Source: an uncultured Chloroflexia bacterium
GTDB taxonomy: Bacteria; Chloroflexota; Anaerolineae; CG2-30-64-16
Assembly (NCBI GenBank): GCA_963774265.1
Contig: CAVZDU010000002.1
Location: 352,001 to 416,000 of the forward strand
DNA length: 64,000 nt
Reading direction: 5' to 3'
Shown: one piece after another, positions 36,894-46,070 of the stretch
Position numbering within the stretch: the first letter of the stretch is position 1
Layout of the letters: each line of letters starts with the position of its first letter
Notes under the pieces: model-generated
Database searches by the model: none
Told to the model about the DNA's origin: nothing
What the model saw: only the letters and a program-made list of their open reading frames with translations
Position numbers and translations under genes: made by a program

Positions 36894-39232
36894 CCACGAA
36901 GAAAAAGACCGCCGTTGTCGGCGCCAGCCCCTTGCGCATCGATGGGCGCGACAAGGTCACGGGCGCGGCGACGTACGTTGACGATATTCAGTTTGGGCCG
37001 AACTTGCTGTGGGGTGCGCTAAAGCGGAGCCCGATTGCGCACGGGCTAATCAAACGAATCGACGTGAGCAAGGCGAAGGCGCTGCCGGGCGTGCGCGTCG
37101 TGGTGGCCGGCGAGGATTTTCCCGGTTTCACAGGCCTCTATCTGAAAGATCGCCGGATCTTCGCGCTCGACCGAGTGCGCTACATCGGTGAAGCTGTCGC
37201 CGGTGTGGCCGCTGACACACTGGAGGTCGCACAGCAGGGCGTTGAGTTGATCGAGGTGGAATACGAGGAATTGCCGGGCGTCTTCGACCCCGAGTACGGG
37301 GCAAGCCCCGAGTCCCCGGTGCTTCATCCGGACCTGGCATCCTATGAATATGTCCCCTTCATCTTCCCTCAGGCGGGCACGAACATCTCGAACTGGATGA
37401 AGGTGCGCAAGGGCGATATGGAGGGCGGCTGGGCCGAGGCGGACCTGGTGTACGAGCACAAATACAAAGTGCCGCACGTCCAGCACGTGCCCCTGGAGAC
37501 CCATGTGTGTGTCGCCCAGCAGAATGTCAACGGGAAGATCACCTTGTGGTCTTCGAGCCAGTCGCCGTTCGCACAGCGCAACCTGATCGCCAAAGCGCTG
37601 CACATCGACCACTCAATGCTCCGCGTCATCACCCCCCACGTGGGAGGCGGGTTTGGCTCCAAAGCCGGTGTAAGTATGGAAGGCGCGGCTGTTGCGCTGG
37701 CCATGCACGCTAAGGGCCGGCCAGTGAAGCTGAGGATGTCGCGAGAGGAGGAGTTCTACACCACGTTCGTGCGACAGGGGCTCACCGCCAGGATCAAGAT
37801 GGGGATGACCCACGATGGCCGCATCACTGCGATGCAGAACACCTTCTACTGGGATGGCGGCGCCAGCACCGAGTATGGCGTGAACATCACGCGCGCGGCC
37901 GGTTACTCCGGCACCGGCCCGTACTTTGTGCCAAACATTCATGTCGACAGCTACTGCGTGTACACCAACCACCCGGTGGGCGGCGCGATGCGCGGGTTCG
38001 GCATGCCGGAAATCCACTTCGGCATCGAACAGCACATCGATGTGATGGCGCACAAGCTGGGGCTCGATCCGGTCGAGGTGCGGCTGAAGAACTGCCTGAA
38101 AGACGGCGACGAGACGCTGACAGGCATGAAAATGCACCCGACGGGTCTCAGCCAGTGCATCCGCCGCGCGGCGGACGCGATCGGTTGGGGGCAGGCCAGC
38201 ACTCCATCTGCGCCGTACAAGGTGCGCGGCAAGGGGTTGGCGGCCATGTGGAAGGCGCCAGCCATGCCGCCGAACCCGGGATCGAGCGCGGTGGTGCGAA
38301 TGAATGAGGACGGCACGGCAACTGTCAGCATCGGAGGCGTCGATATCGGGCAGGGCGCGCTCACGGCCATGGCCCAGTTCGCCGCCGAAGGACTTGGCAT
38401 CAAGGTCACAGACGTGCGGGTGAACACAGTGGACACTGACTACAGCCCGTATGAGTGGCAAACCGTGGCGTCACGTCTTACGTGGAGCATGGGCAACGCG
38501 GTATTGCAGGCAGCCGAAACCGCGCGGATGCAGGTGTTGACCGCAGTGGCCGAAGCCTGGGACGAGGACATCAATGACCTGGACATCATCGATGGGGAGG
38601 TGATCAGCTACAAGTCCGAGGAATCGGTCCCGTTGAAGGACATCGCCATCTACGGCGTACAACGCAAGGACGGCACCTTTGTCGGTGCGCCGGTGGTGGC
38701 CCAGGGTCGCTTTATGCCCGACTACGTCACCCCGCTCGATCCGGAGACCGGGCAGGGCCCACGCGCGGTGGTTCACTTCACCACGGGCGCGCAGGCCGTC
38801 GAGGTCGAAATCGACACGGAGACGGGTGAAATCCAGGTGTTGAAAATCGTCTCGGCTTACGATGTGGGAAAGGCAATCAACCCGGAGATGGTGCGCACCC
38901 AGATGGAGGGCGGCGCGGTGCAAGGGATGAGCACGGCCCTTCTCGAGGCCATCATCCTCGATCAGGGGCGGCCGCGCAACCCGAATTTCACGGACTACCG
39001 CATCGCGACCGCCGTGGATGCGCCGCTGGAGACAGAAAACATCATCATCGAAGTGCCGCAGGACGATGGACCGTTCGGCGCACGCGGCGTCGGCGAGCAT
39101 CCGATGGTTCCCACGGCTCCCGCCATCGCGAACGCGGTGTTCAATGCGGCGGGCGTGCGGATCGACAGCATGCCCCTGACCAGTCAGAAGGTTTGGGAGG
39201 CGCTGCAATCGCGGCTGCACTCGCGAATGTAA
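36890..39232 (+). CDS. Mo-hydroxylase III molybdopterin subunit (xanthine dehydrogenase XdhA/PucD-like)
   Basis: RIDGRDKVTG, VGGGFGSK, GAMRGFG, DIGQG, TVASR, QMEGG, RGVGE. Confidence 0.92.
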   Translation: MTTKKKTAVVGASPLRIDGRDKVTGAATYVDDIQFGPNLLWGALKRSPIAHGLIKRIDVSKAKALPGVRVVVAGEDFPGFTGLYLKDRRIFALDRVRYIGEAVAGVAADTLEVAQQGVELIEVEYEELPGVFDPEYGASPESPVLHPDLASYEYVPFIFPQAGTNISNWMKVRKGDMEGGWAEADLVYEHKYKVPHVQHVPLETHVCVAQQNVNGKITLWSSSQSPFAQRNLIAKALHIDHSMLRVITPHVGGGFGSKAGVSMEGAAVALAMHAKGRPVKLRMSREEEFYTTFVRQGLTARIKMGMTHDGRITAMQNTFYWDGGASTEYGVNITRAAGYSGTGPYFVPNIHVDSYCVYTNHPVGGAMRGFGMPEIHFGIEQHIDVMAHKLGLDPVEVRLKNCLKDGDETLTGMKMHPTGLSQCIRRAADAIGWGQASTPSAPYKVRGKGLAAMWKAPAMPPNPGSSAVVRMNEDGTATVSIGGVDIGQGALTAMAQFAAEGLGIKVTDVRVNTVDTDYSPYEWQTVASRLTWSMGNAVLQAAETARMQVLTAVAEAWDEDINDLDIIDGEVISYKSEESVPLKDIAIYGVQRKDGTFVGAPVVAQGRFMPDYVTPLDPETGQGPRAVVHFTTGAQAVEVEIDTETGEIQVLKIVSAYDVGKAINPEMVRTQMEGGAVQGMSTALLEAIILDQGRPRNPNFTDYRIATAVDAPLETENIIIEVPQDDGPFGARGVGEHPMVPTAPAIANAVFNAAGVRIDSMPLTSQKVWEALQSRLHSRM

Positions 39233-39250
39233 ACTTGCTGTCAGTGGAGC

Positions 39251-39279
39251 TTGATATCTGCGAAGTTTTGTCCTATAAT
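39251..39279 (+). promoter_or_regulatory. sigma70-type promoter
   Basis: TTGATA-N17-TATAAT upstream of the lipoprotein pair. Confidence 0.75.
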
Positions 39280-39332
39280 AGTCTGCGAGTTGCTCGTTTA
39301 CTTAATAGCCTGACTACCCCATGAGGTGCGTG

Positions 39333-40292
39333 ATGAAACAAAGACTGTTGCTCCTTCTCGTGGTCTTCTCGGTGGTAATGGCCGGCTGTGGCGGCCAGGG
39401 TGTGGAGCCCGCAACCGGACCGACCACATCGACCGGCGAGCTGTTCCAAGTCGCGTTGCCACGCCTCGTCGTTGACGTTGACGCAGAGGGCAACCCAACC
39501 CTCCTCGGCATCTCGCCCGCCCTGCTCAGCGCTTTCGGAGTTGACGTCTCGGGGTTCAGGCTTCCCAAGACGCTCGTCGATCAATTCGTCAATGCGGGGG
39601 TCCAGCACTTTGAAATCGCATCGGTCGGCGACCGTTTGATGTTCTTTGTGGACAGCAAACCGTTGCCCCATCTCGGTTGGACCCCTGACTCGCTCACGCG
39701 GCTGCTCAGCACAATGCAAACGTTGCAGGTGCAGAATGTTGAGGCAATCCAACGCATCCTGCCCATCGTCACCCGGTTAGGTCTCGATGTGGTGTTGCGC
39801 TTTCCGCGGAGCGCGGGCACGGCAGAAATCCCCTTTGTCGACACTGGAACTGTTCGCAGTTTCCAGCCAACGGTCACCACCGATCCAGCCTCGGCCATCA
39901 TCAAATTCGAGGTGCGATTCAACGAGCAAGGCCAGGCCGGCATGATGGGCCTCACCGCCGATGACCTCGCGGCCCTCGGTTTGGGGAGTATGGCCCAGCT
40001 CTCTCCCGATATGCTGAGCAATTTTCAAAAAGGAGATATTCAGCACGTCGAGATCCGTACCAAACCGGACGGTGCTTACGTCTACGTTAATAATGAACCG
40101 CTGCCCAGATTAATCTGGGACACTCAGTTGTTGTCGAACATCGTCGAGTTGTACTCAAGGCTGTCGCCTGAAGCCGGGCTGCTGCCGCTGATTCAGCAGA
40201 TTGGGCCTTACCTCGACCGGACAGACATCGGCATCCTGCTGCGCTTCCCCGTGGCAGCGGGTCGAACTGAGATACCGGCCGAGTTACACTAA
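39333..40292 (+). CDS. Uncharacterised lipoprotein with two internal repeat domains
   Basis: Lipobox VMAG-C; repeated unit ..QH.EI....D.....V...PLP.L.W...L...(L)D..LRFP. Confidence 0.75.
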   Translation: MKQRLLLLLVVFSVVMAGCGGQGVEPATGPTTSTGELFQVALPRLVVDVDAEGNPTLLGISPALLSAFGVDVSGFRLPKTLVDQFVNAGVQHFEIASVGDRLMFFVDSKPLPHLGWTPDSLTRLLSTMQTLQVQNVEAIQRILPIVTRLGLDVVLRFPRSAGTAEIPFVDTGTVRSFQPTVTTDPASAIIKFEVRFNEQGQAGMMGLTADDLAALGLGSMAQLSPDMLSNFQKGDIQHVEIRTKPDGAYVYVNNEPLPRLIWDTQLLSNIVELYSRLSPEAGLLPLIQQIGPYLDRTDIGILLRFPVAAGRTEIPAELH

Positions 40293-40320
40293 TGTCACCG
40301 TTCATCGAAGGAGGTGCATA

Positions 40321-41298
40321 ATGCACAGGTTCGCTCTGGTGGTCCTGGTATTGATCAGCCTGCTGGCGACGTCCTGCGGTCCGGCGATTATGCCGGCTGC
40401 AGCGCCGGAAACGGAATCCGGGGAAGTATTCGTAGTCGCCCTGCCCCGGATCGTGATTACATTCGATGACCAGGGTAATCCCGGTGTGGAGGGTGTCGCC
40501 CTGGAGGAGCTCGCCCGCAGCGCCGGCTTTGCTTTGGACCTCAGCCAATACCGGATCGATCCGTTCTATCCGGCATGGATGAAAGCCGCCAACATCCAGC
40601 ACATCGAGCTGCGCCAGACGGGTGACGGCATCGCTCTGCTTGCGAATGGCGAGCTGCTGCCCAGCCTTTCGTTCCAGGGTGGATCGCTGGCGCGAATGAG
40701 TGACATTGCACCGCTACTGGGTCAAAACGGTCCGGCCATTGGGCAGTTGATCGCGAAGTTCGCGCCGCTCGTGCAGCGGCTCGGGCTGTCGATCGTGCTG
40801 AAGTTCCCCCCGCAGGACGGCGCCCAGGCTATCAACTATGGGGTGGATGACGTCAGGCTCTCCGCCCTCGCGCCTTCACCTGAGGCGGCCTCCGCAGTCG
40901 TGAAGTTCGAGGTCCGCTACGACGAGCAGGGTGTGCCCTCCATCCTGGGCATCTCGGCTCGTGATCTCGAGGCGGTTGGGGTAAAAGCCGACATCGCGCT
41001 CGCCCCAAGCGTCCTCGGGCAGTTGCAGGCGAACAACGTTCAGCACATCCAACTCAGCACCAAGTCCAACGGCCTGTACCTCTACGTCAACGGCAGCCCG
41101 CTGCCTGCGATTGCATGGGATAACAAGTCGCTCGACAATGCCGTACAGGTGTATGAGCAGATGAACCCGGGAGTGCCGAAGACGACCCTGGATCTGATCA
41201 AGACGTTCGTTCCCATGCTTGGAAAAACGGACATGTCAGTTATGATCCATTTCCCGTTGGGAGCTGGCGTAGAGCCGATCCCGGCGAAGATGCAGTAA
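40321..41298 (+). CDS. Paralogous uncharacterised lipoprotein
   Basis: SD aaggagg, lipobox LATS-C; same two-repeat architecture (GE.F.VALPR..., KFEVR..EQG, QHI.L, PLP...WD). Confidence 0.78.
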   Translation: MHRFALVVLVLISLLATSCGPAIMPAAAPETESGEVFVVALPRIVITFDDQGNPGVEGVALEELARSAGFALDLSQYRIDPFYPAWMKAANIQHIELRQTGDGIALLANGELLPSLSFQGGSLARMSDIAPLLGQNGPAIGQLIAKFAPLVQRLGLSIVLKFPPQDGAQAINYGVDDVRLSALAPSPEAASAVVKFEVRYDEQGVPSILGISARDLEAVGVKADIALAPSVLGQLQANNVQHIQLSTKSNGLYLYVNGSPLPAIAWDNKSLDNAVQVYEQMNPGVPKTTLDLIKTFVPMLGKTDMSVMIHFPLGAGVEPIPAKMQ

Positions 41299-41309
41299 CA
41301 CTTGGCCGT

Positions 41310-41351
41310 AAGGTCTGCGGCGGATGGGTCCAGCCCTGCACCGCAGACCTT
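41310..41351. terminator. Hairpin after the lipoprotein pair
   Basis: aaggtctgcgg...ccgcagacctt inverted repeat; no long U-tract. Confidence 0.45.
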
Positions 41352-41375
41352 GCTCCAGAAAGGGATAACGCCGTT

Positions 41376-41657
41376 ATGGACGTACCTCGCAAGTACGGTT
41401 TGGTGCGCGCGATTGCCGCGTTCTTGAAGGTGCTGGCGGTCATCATCCTCATCCTGGGAATTGTCGCGGTGGTGGGTTCGTTGCAGTGGGGCAAACAGTT
41501 TGCTTTGCCCCAGTGGATAACGCTTGGGGGTGCGGTCGCCGCGCCTCTCATCGCGCTCCTGACGTTCTTGCAGCTCTATGCGTTTGGCAGCATTCTTTCT
41601 TTGCTGGTCAAGATCGAGGAACACACCCGTTCCATGCTCCAGACGCCACCCAAATAG
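41376..41657 (+). CDS. Small two-helix membrane protein
   Basis: 93 aa; RKY..VR.I start, two hydrophobic helices, L...IEEHTR end. Confidence 0.7.
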   Translation: MDVPRKYGLVRAIAAFLKVLAVIILILGIVAVVGSLQWGKQFALPQWITLGGAVAAPLIALLTFLQLYAFGSILSLLVKIEEHTRSMLQTPPK

Positions 41658-41827
41658 ACTGCCCCTTCCTGCGCGCACCAATAGCCCGGATCAGGCACAG
41701 GCCGCTTCTACCTCGAAGTGGCCTGTGTCATTTCATACAACACCCATCCAACTTGCGAAAACCCCCTACTACAACTAAAATCTAACGTTGGCAGCATATG
41801 GCATTCTTCTCCTCAGGAGAGCAATTT

Positions 41828-43012
41828 ATGACACCTGTTAAGACCCTTGGCATCCTGACCGGCGGCGGCGACGTCCCCGGCCTGAACCCCTGTATCAAAG
41901 CTGTTGTGGACCGCGCCGTGGACGATGGCATGGAGGTCATCGGTTTTCGTCGGGGTTGGGCCGGCCCCATCAACGTCAACCCAAATGATCCCTCGGAAGA
42001 CTGGCGTTGGGTGATGCGGCTCAACAAAGCCGTCGTCCGCAAGATCGACCGCTCTGGCGGCACCTTCCTGCACACCTCGCGCACGCGTCCCTCGCATGTC
42101 AAACCGCAAGAGGTCCCTTCTTTTCTCAAGGATCAATTCAAGGTGACCGATGCGGCGCCTCAGGCGACAAGCGACACCGTTGACCTGACGCCCCACATCC
42201 TGCACGTGCTGGAACATCTCAAGATCGATGGCCTGGTTGCGATCGGCGGCGACGACACCCTGAGCTACGCCGCCCGCCTGCACCAGGAGAATTTTCCCGT
42301 CGTGGCCATCCCGAAGACGATGGACAACGATGTGTATGGCACTGACTACTGCATCGGATTCAGCACGGCTGTCACCCGCAGCGTGGACCTGATCGCCGGC
42401 CTGCGCACCCCCGCCGGCTCCCATGAGCGCATCGCCGTGGTCGAGCTCTTCGGCCGCAATTCCGGTGAGACCTCGCTCTTCGCCGCATATCTCGGAGGCG
42501 TCGATCGCGCGATCATCTCGGAGGTGCCGTTCGACATCGAGAAGCTGGGCGCGTTCCTGGTCGAGGACAAGCGGGCCAATCCGAGCAATTACGCGATTAT
42601 GACAATCTCCGAGGGCGCGACCATGACCGGCGGCGACATTGTCGAGGCCGGCGAGGCAGACGCCTACGGTCACCGCAAGCTCGGCGGCGTTGGCCAGATG
42701 ACCGGTGACCTGATCAAGAAGCTCACCGGCGAGAACATCATCTACCAGCAACTCGGCTATCTCATGCGCTCGGGTGCACCTGACTCCCTGGATCGCATGG
42801 TCGCGCTAAGCTATGCCAATCTGGCAACCGATTTGATCGTCCAGGGGCGGTCCGGCCGCATGGTGGCCCTGCGAGATGGAAAGTACACCCATATCCCGCT
42901 CAGCACCGTGATCTCAGGCATCAAGCGCGTGGACGTGGATGAGCTGTACGATAAGCAGAACTACCGGCCGAAGGTCGCCAACATGCTTGGCAAACCGATG
43001 TTCCTGTACTAA
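41828..43012 (+). CDS. pfkA: 6-phosphofructokinase, PPi-type signature
   Basis: [43 protein letters not shown]. Confidence 0.92.
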   Translation: MTPVKTLGILTGGGDVPGLNPCIKAVVDRAVDDGMEVIGFRRGWAGPINVNPNDPSEDWRWVMRLNKAVVRKIDRSGGTFLHTSRTRPSHVKPQEVPSFLKDQFKVTDAAPQATSDTVDLTPHILHVLEHLKIDGLVAIGGDDTLSYAARLHQENFPVVAIPKTMDNDVYGTDYCIGFSTAVTRSVDLIAGLRTPAGSHERIAVVELFGRNSGETSLFAAYLGGVDRAIISEVPFDIEKLGAFLVEDKRANPSNYAIMTISEGATMTGGDIVEAGEADAYGHRKLGGVGQMTGDLIKKLTGENIIYQQLGYLMRSGAPDSLDRMVALSYANLATDLIVQGRSGRMVALRDGKYTHIPLSTVISGIKRVDVDELYDKQNYRPKVANMLGKPMFLY

Positions 43013-43037
43013 ACCGGACATCCTCGAAGTCTCTGCT

Positions 43038-43072
43038 AACCCGCACTTGGGCGACAAGTGCGGGTTTCTTAT
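43038..43072 (+). terminator. Intrinsic terminator after pfk
   Basis: aacccgcacttg-ggcga-caagtgcgggtt followed by tcttatt. Confidence 0.75.
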
Positions 43073-43146
43073 TAATACGATGAACACAAAACTTAGCTAT
43101 GTGGTATACTTTTCTGACGGACCGCTCCAGCGCAGGGGCAGCACTC

Positions 43147-44861
43147 ATGGCCGACACGTATGTCTACACCCCGGATCTCTGGCTACCGTTAGCTGGCGTC
43201 ATCGCCTTGGCCGTCCTGAGCCTGCATAGCTGGCGGCGCCGCAGCGTGCCCGCCGCGCTGCCGCTGGCCGCCGGCTCGCTTTTTGGGATGCTGTGGCTGC
43301 TGGGAATCGCTTTGGGAGTCTCGGCCGTTGCCCCGGCCACGAAAATCGCGTGGCACATATTCCAGGCTGCCTGGCAGCTGCCCGTGGCCACCGCCATGAC
43401 CTGTTTCGCGCTGGAATACGCCTATCCCGGCCGCTGGCTGACCCGCCGCAACCTGATGCTGCTCGCGCTGCCTCCGCTTCTGGTGCTGCTCCTGATGGTC
43501 TGCAGCAATACGCAGTTCATGTGGCGCCGGCTGGAAATCGCACCGGACGGATCGGTTGCGCGGGACCTTGCCATGCCGGGCGCGATGCTGGTGGTTTATG
43601 GATTGAGCCTGGTCCTGGTTAACATCACGGCCTTCCTCTGGCTCTTCATCCGCTCTCCGCAGCATCGCTGGCCCGCGGCGTTGATGCTATCCGGCGATCT
43701 CGCGAGCCGCGGCATGTACGCACTGTACCTGCTAAACGTCGCGCCGGCGCGTTCGCTGAGCTTGCTCGATTCTTTCGTCGTCGCTCAGCTCCTGGGCTGG
43801 AGCCTGTATGCCATCGCACTGTTCGGCTTCCGCATCTTTGACCCGCTGCCGGCCGCGCACGCGACGGCCGTGGCGCAGATGCCGGAGGGAATGGTGGTCT
43901 TCGATGCGCAGTGGCGCGTTGCAAGCCTTAACCCGCGGCCGCGGGTATGCTGTCGCTTCCGGCAGCACACATCCGCGGCAAGCTGCTGGCAGAGATCCTG
44001 CCGGAATACCGCGACGAGGTGGCGCGTTGCGCAGATACGGATGTCGTGCCCACGGAAATTAGCCTCGGGTCCGGCGCCAGCTTCCACCAGTACGACCTCG
44101 ACTTCAGCGTGCTTCAGGACTTTCGCGGGCTGGCCATCGGGCACCTGCTGATGCTGCGCGATGTGACCGAACGGCGCCGAATGCAGGCGCAGGTCCTGGA
44201 GCAACAGCAGACGCTGGCGGTGATCCGCGAGCGAGAGCATTTGGCACGCGAGCTGCACGACAACCTGGGCCAGGTGCTGGCGTTCGTGACGGCTCAGGGG
44301 CAGGCGATCCACCGCCTCCTGGCCCGCGGCGAGATCGCCGCGGCAGACGCCCACGTGGGGCGACTGGTCGAGGTGGCAAGCGAAGCTGACACGGACATAC
44401 GCGAGTCGATCCTCGGCCTGCGAGTTGCTTTCGACGCGCAGGGACTGCTGTCCGCGTTAGCGACCTACCTGAACCAGTACGAAAAGCGGTACGGAATCCA
44501 CACCACCCTGAATGCACCCCAGTCGCTCAGCGACGGCGCCTTTGAGCCCCTGACCGAGGTGCAGCTGCTGCGCATCATTCAAGAGGCGCTCACCAATGCG
44601 CGGAAGCATGCGCATGCGCGTTCTGTGGACGTCACATTCACTGTCACAGACGGCCATGCGCAAGTCACGGTGCAGGATGATGGATTCGGCTTCGATCGGC
44701 AGGCAATCTCAAGCGATCCAGGAGACCGGGTCGGCCTGCGCGTAATCCGCGAGCGCGCCGAAGAGGTCGGCGGTGCGCTCGCGGTGCAGTCGGCGGCGGG
44801 CGAGGGAACGCAGGTGATCGTGGCGGTTCCGCTGCGAAGGGCAGGGCGAATCGCGCCATGA
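43147..44861 (+). CDS. Sensor histidine kinase (7TM sensor, PAS, HisKA_3/HATPase; frameshift near 43935)
   Basis: Multi-pass N-terminus, MPEGMVVFD PAS start, ARELHDNLGQ, QEALTNARKH, DDGFGF, GLRVIRERA. Confidence 0.88.
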
Positions 44862-44873
44862 AAGGTGGGGCTC

Positions 44874-45566
44874 ATGCGGGTTCTGCTGGTTGATGATCAC
44901 CGGCTCTTTCTCGAAGGCCTGCGTAATCTGCTCACCTCGGAGGGCATTGAGGTTATCGGGCAGGCGCACGACGGACTGGAGGCGTTGGCTGCGGCGCGTC
45001 GTCTGCGGCCGGACGTGATCCTGATGGACATCCATATGCCACGCTGCAACGGGCTGTGCGCCACGCGCCTGATCAAGGCGGAGATGCCGGAGTGCAACAT
45101 CGTTATTCTGACCATGTCGGAAGAAGAACAGGAGTTGTTCGAGGCAGTTAAGAGCGGCGCGTCGGGCTACCTGCTCAAACGCCTGGACGCTGAGGAGTTC
45201 TTTACCTATCTTGCGGAGCTGCAGGCCGGCCATCCCCCCTTCTCGCCCGGGCTGGCCGAAAAGATCCTGCAGGAATTCGCCCACGCCTCGCTCCGGCGCG
45301 AAGTTTCGTCCCCTCCGTCCGCCACACCGGGGTACGATCTGCCCACAGAGGACGGGGAGGAAGCCTCCTTGTCACCCCGGCAGATGCAAATCCTGACGCT
45401 CGTCAGCCAGGGCCAGACCTACCGGCAGGTCGCCCAGACGATCGGCATTGCCGAGCGCACCGTCAAGTACCATATGACCGAGATCCTCGCCCGGCTGCAC
45501 CTGGACAACCGCGCCCAGGTGATTGCCTATGCCACGCGCCTTGGGCTGACGAGCAAAATGAAGTAA
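44874..45566 (+). CDS. NarL/LuxR-family response regulator
   Basis: VLLVDDH, LMDIHMP, GASGYLLK, HTH LSPRQ..IL...G.....VA..IGIAERTVKYH. Confidence 0.94.
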   Translation: MRVLLVDDHRLFLEGLRNLLTSEGIEVIGQAHDGLEALAAARRLRPDVILMDIHMPRCNGLCATRLIKAEMPECNIVILTMSEEEQELFEAVKSGASGYLLKRLDAEEFFTYLAELQAGHPPFSPGLAEKILQEFAHASLRREVSSPPSATPGYDLPTEDGEEASLSPRQMQILTLVSQGQTYRQVAQTIGIAERTVKYHMTEILARLHLDNRAQVIAYATRLGLTSKMK

Positions 45567-45575
45567 TGTCCGCCA

Positions 45576-45638
45576 CTGTACTTAAGTGCAGTCTCGTGAG
45601 CTGCGAGACTGCACTTTTTTTCGCTTCCGGCTGCACCT
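45576..45638. promoter_or_regulatory. Terminator hairpin overlapping a phased CTGYACYT site array
   Basis: Hairpin aagtgcagtctcg/cgagactgcactt with T-run; CTGYACYT at 45576, 45609 and 45631. Confidence 0.55.
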
Positions 45639-45704
45639 TCGTACGTTCCCCTTATCCTGCGCCAGGCGTAGCATGAGATGTGACGCCGATGCGTGAGGTG
45701 GGTT

Positions 45705-46037
45705 ATGAGCCCCAGAACTCGGGTGGCAGTGTGCGGCAGTTCCCTTTACATGGCTGGCCTGGCGGTCAGCCTGCGAGCGCACCAGGATTTCGACGTTGTG
45801 CGTATCCCGGCGATTACCGTTGCCCTGGCGCAAGGCCCTGACGAGCAGGCACCCGCGGTGGTCGCGTTTGATCTGGACGAAGTGACGGGGAACCTCGCCG
45901 TTGCGCTTCTGCGCGAGCGCCCGGACCTTCTGCTGATCGGCGTGGACCCTGACAGCGACAAGCTGCTCGTCCTGTCCGGCCATGCTGAGCAGGCGCTCAG
46001 TGTGGCCGATTTGGTGAAGGTCATCCACAAGAAGTAA
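45705..46037 (+). CDS. Small hypothetical protein, degenerate receiver-like
   Basis: SD gaggtg; beta/alpha pattern RVAVCG...VVAFDL...LLIGV. Confidence 0.6.
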   Translation: MSPRTRVAVCGSSLYMAGLAVSLRAHQDFDVVRIPAITVALAQGPDEQAPAVVAFDLDEVTGNLAVALLRERPDLLLIGVDPDSDKLLVLSGHAEQALSVADLVKVIHKK

Positions 46038-46070
46038 TCCAATTGAAAGAAACTCGCGAGGAGGAAACCC

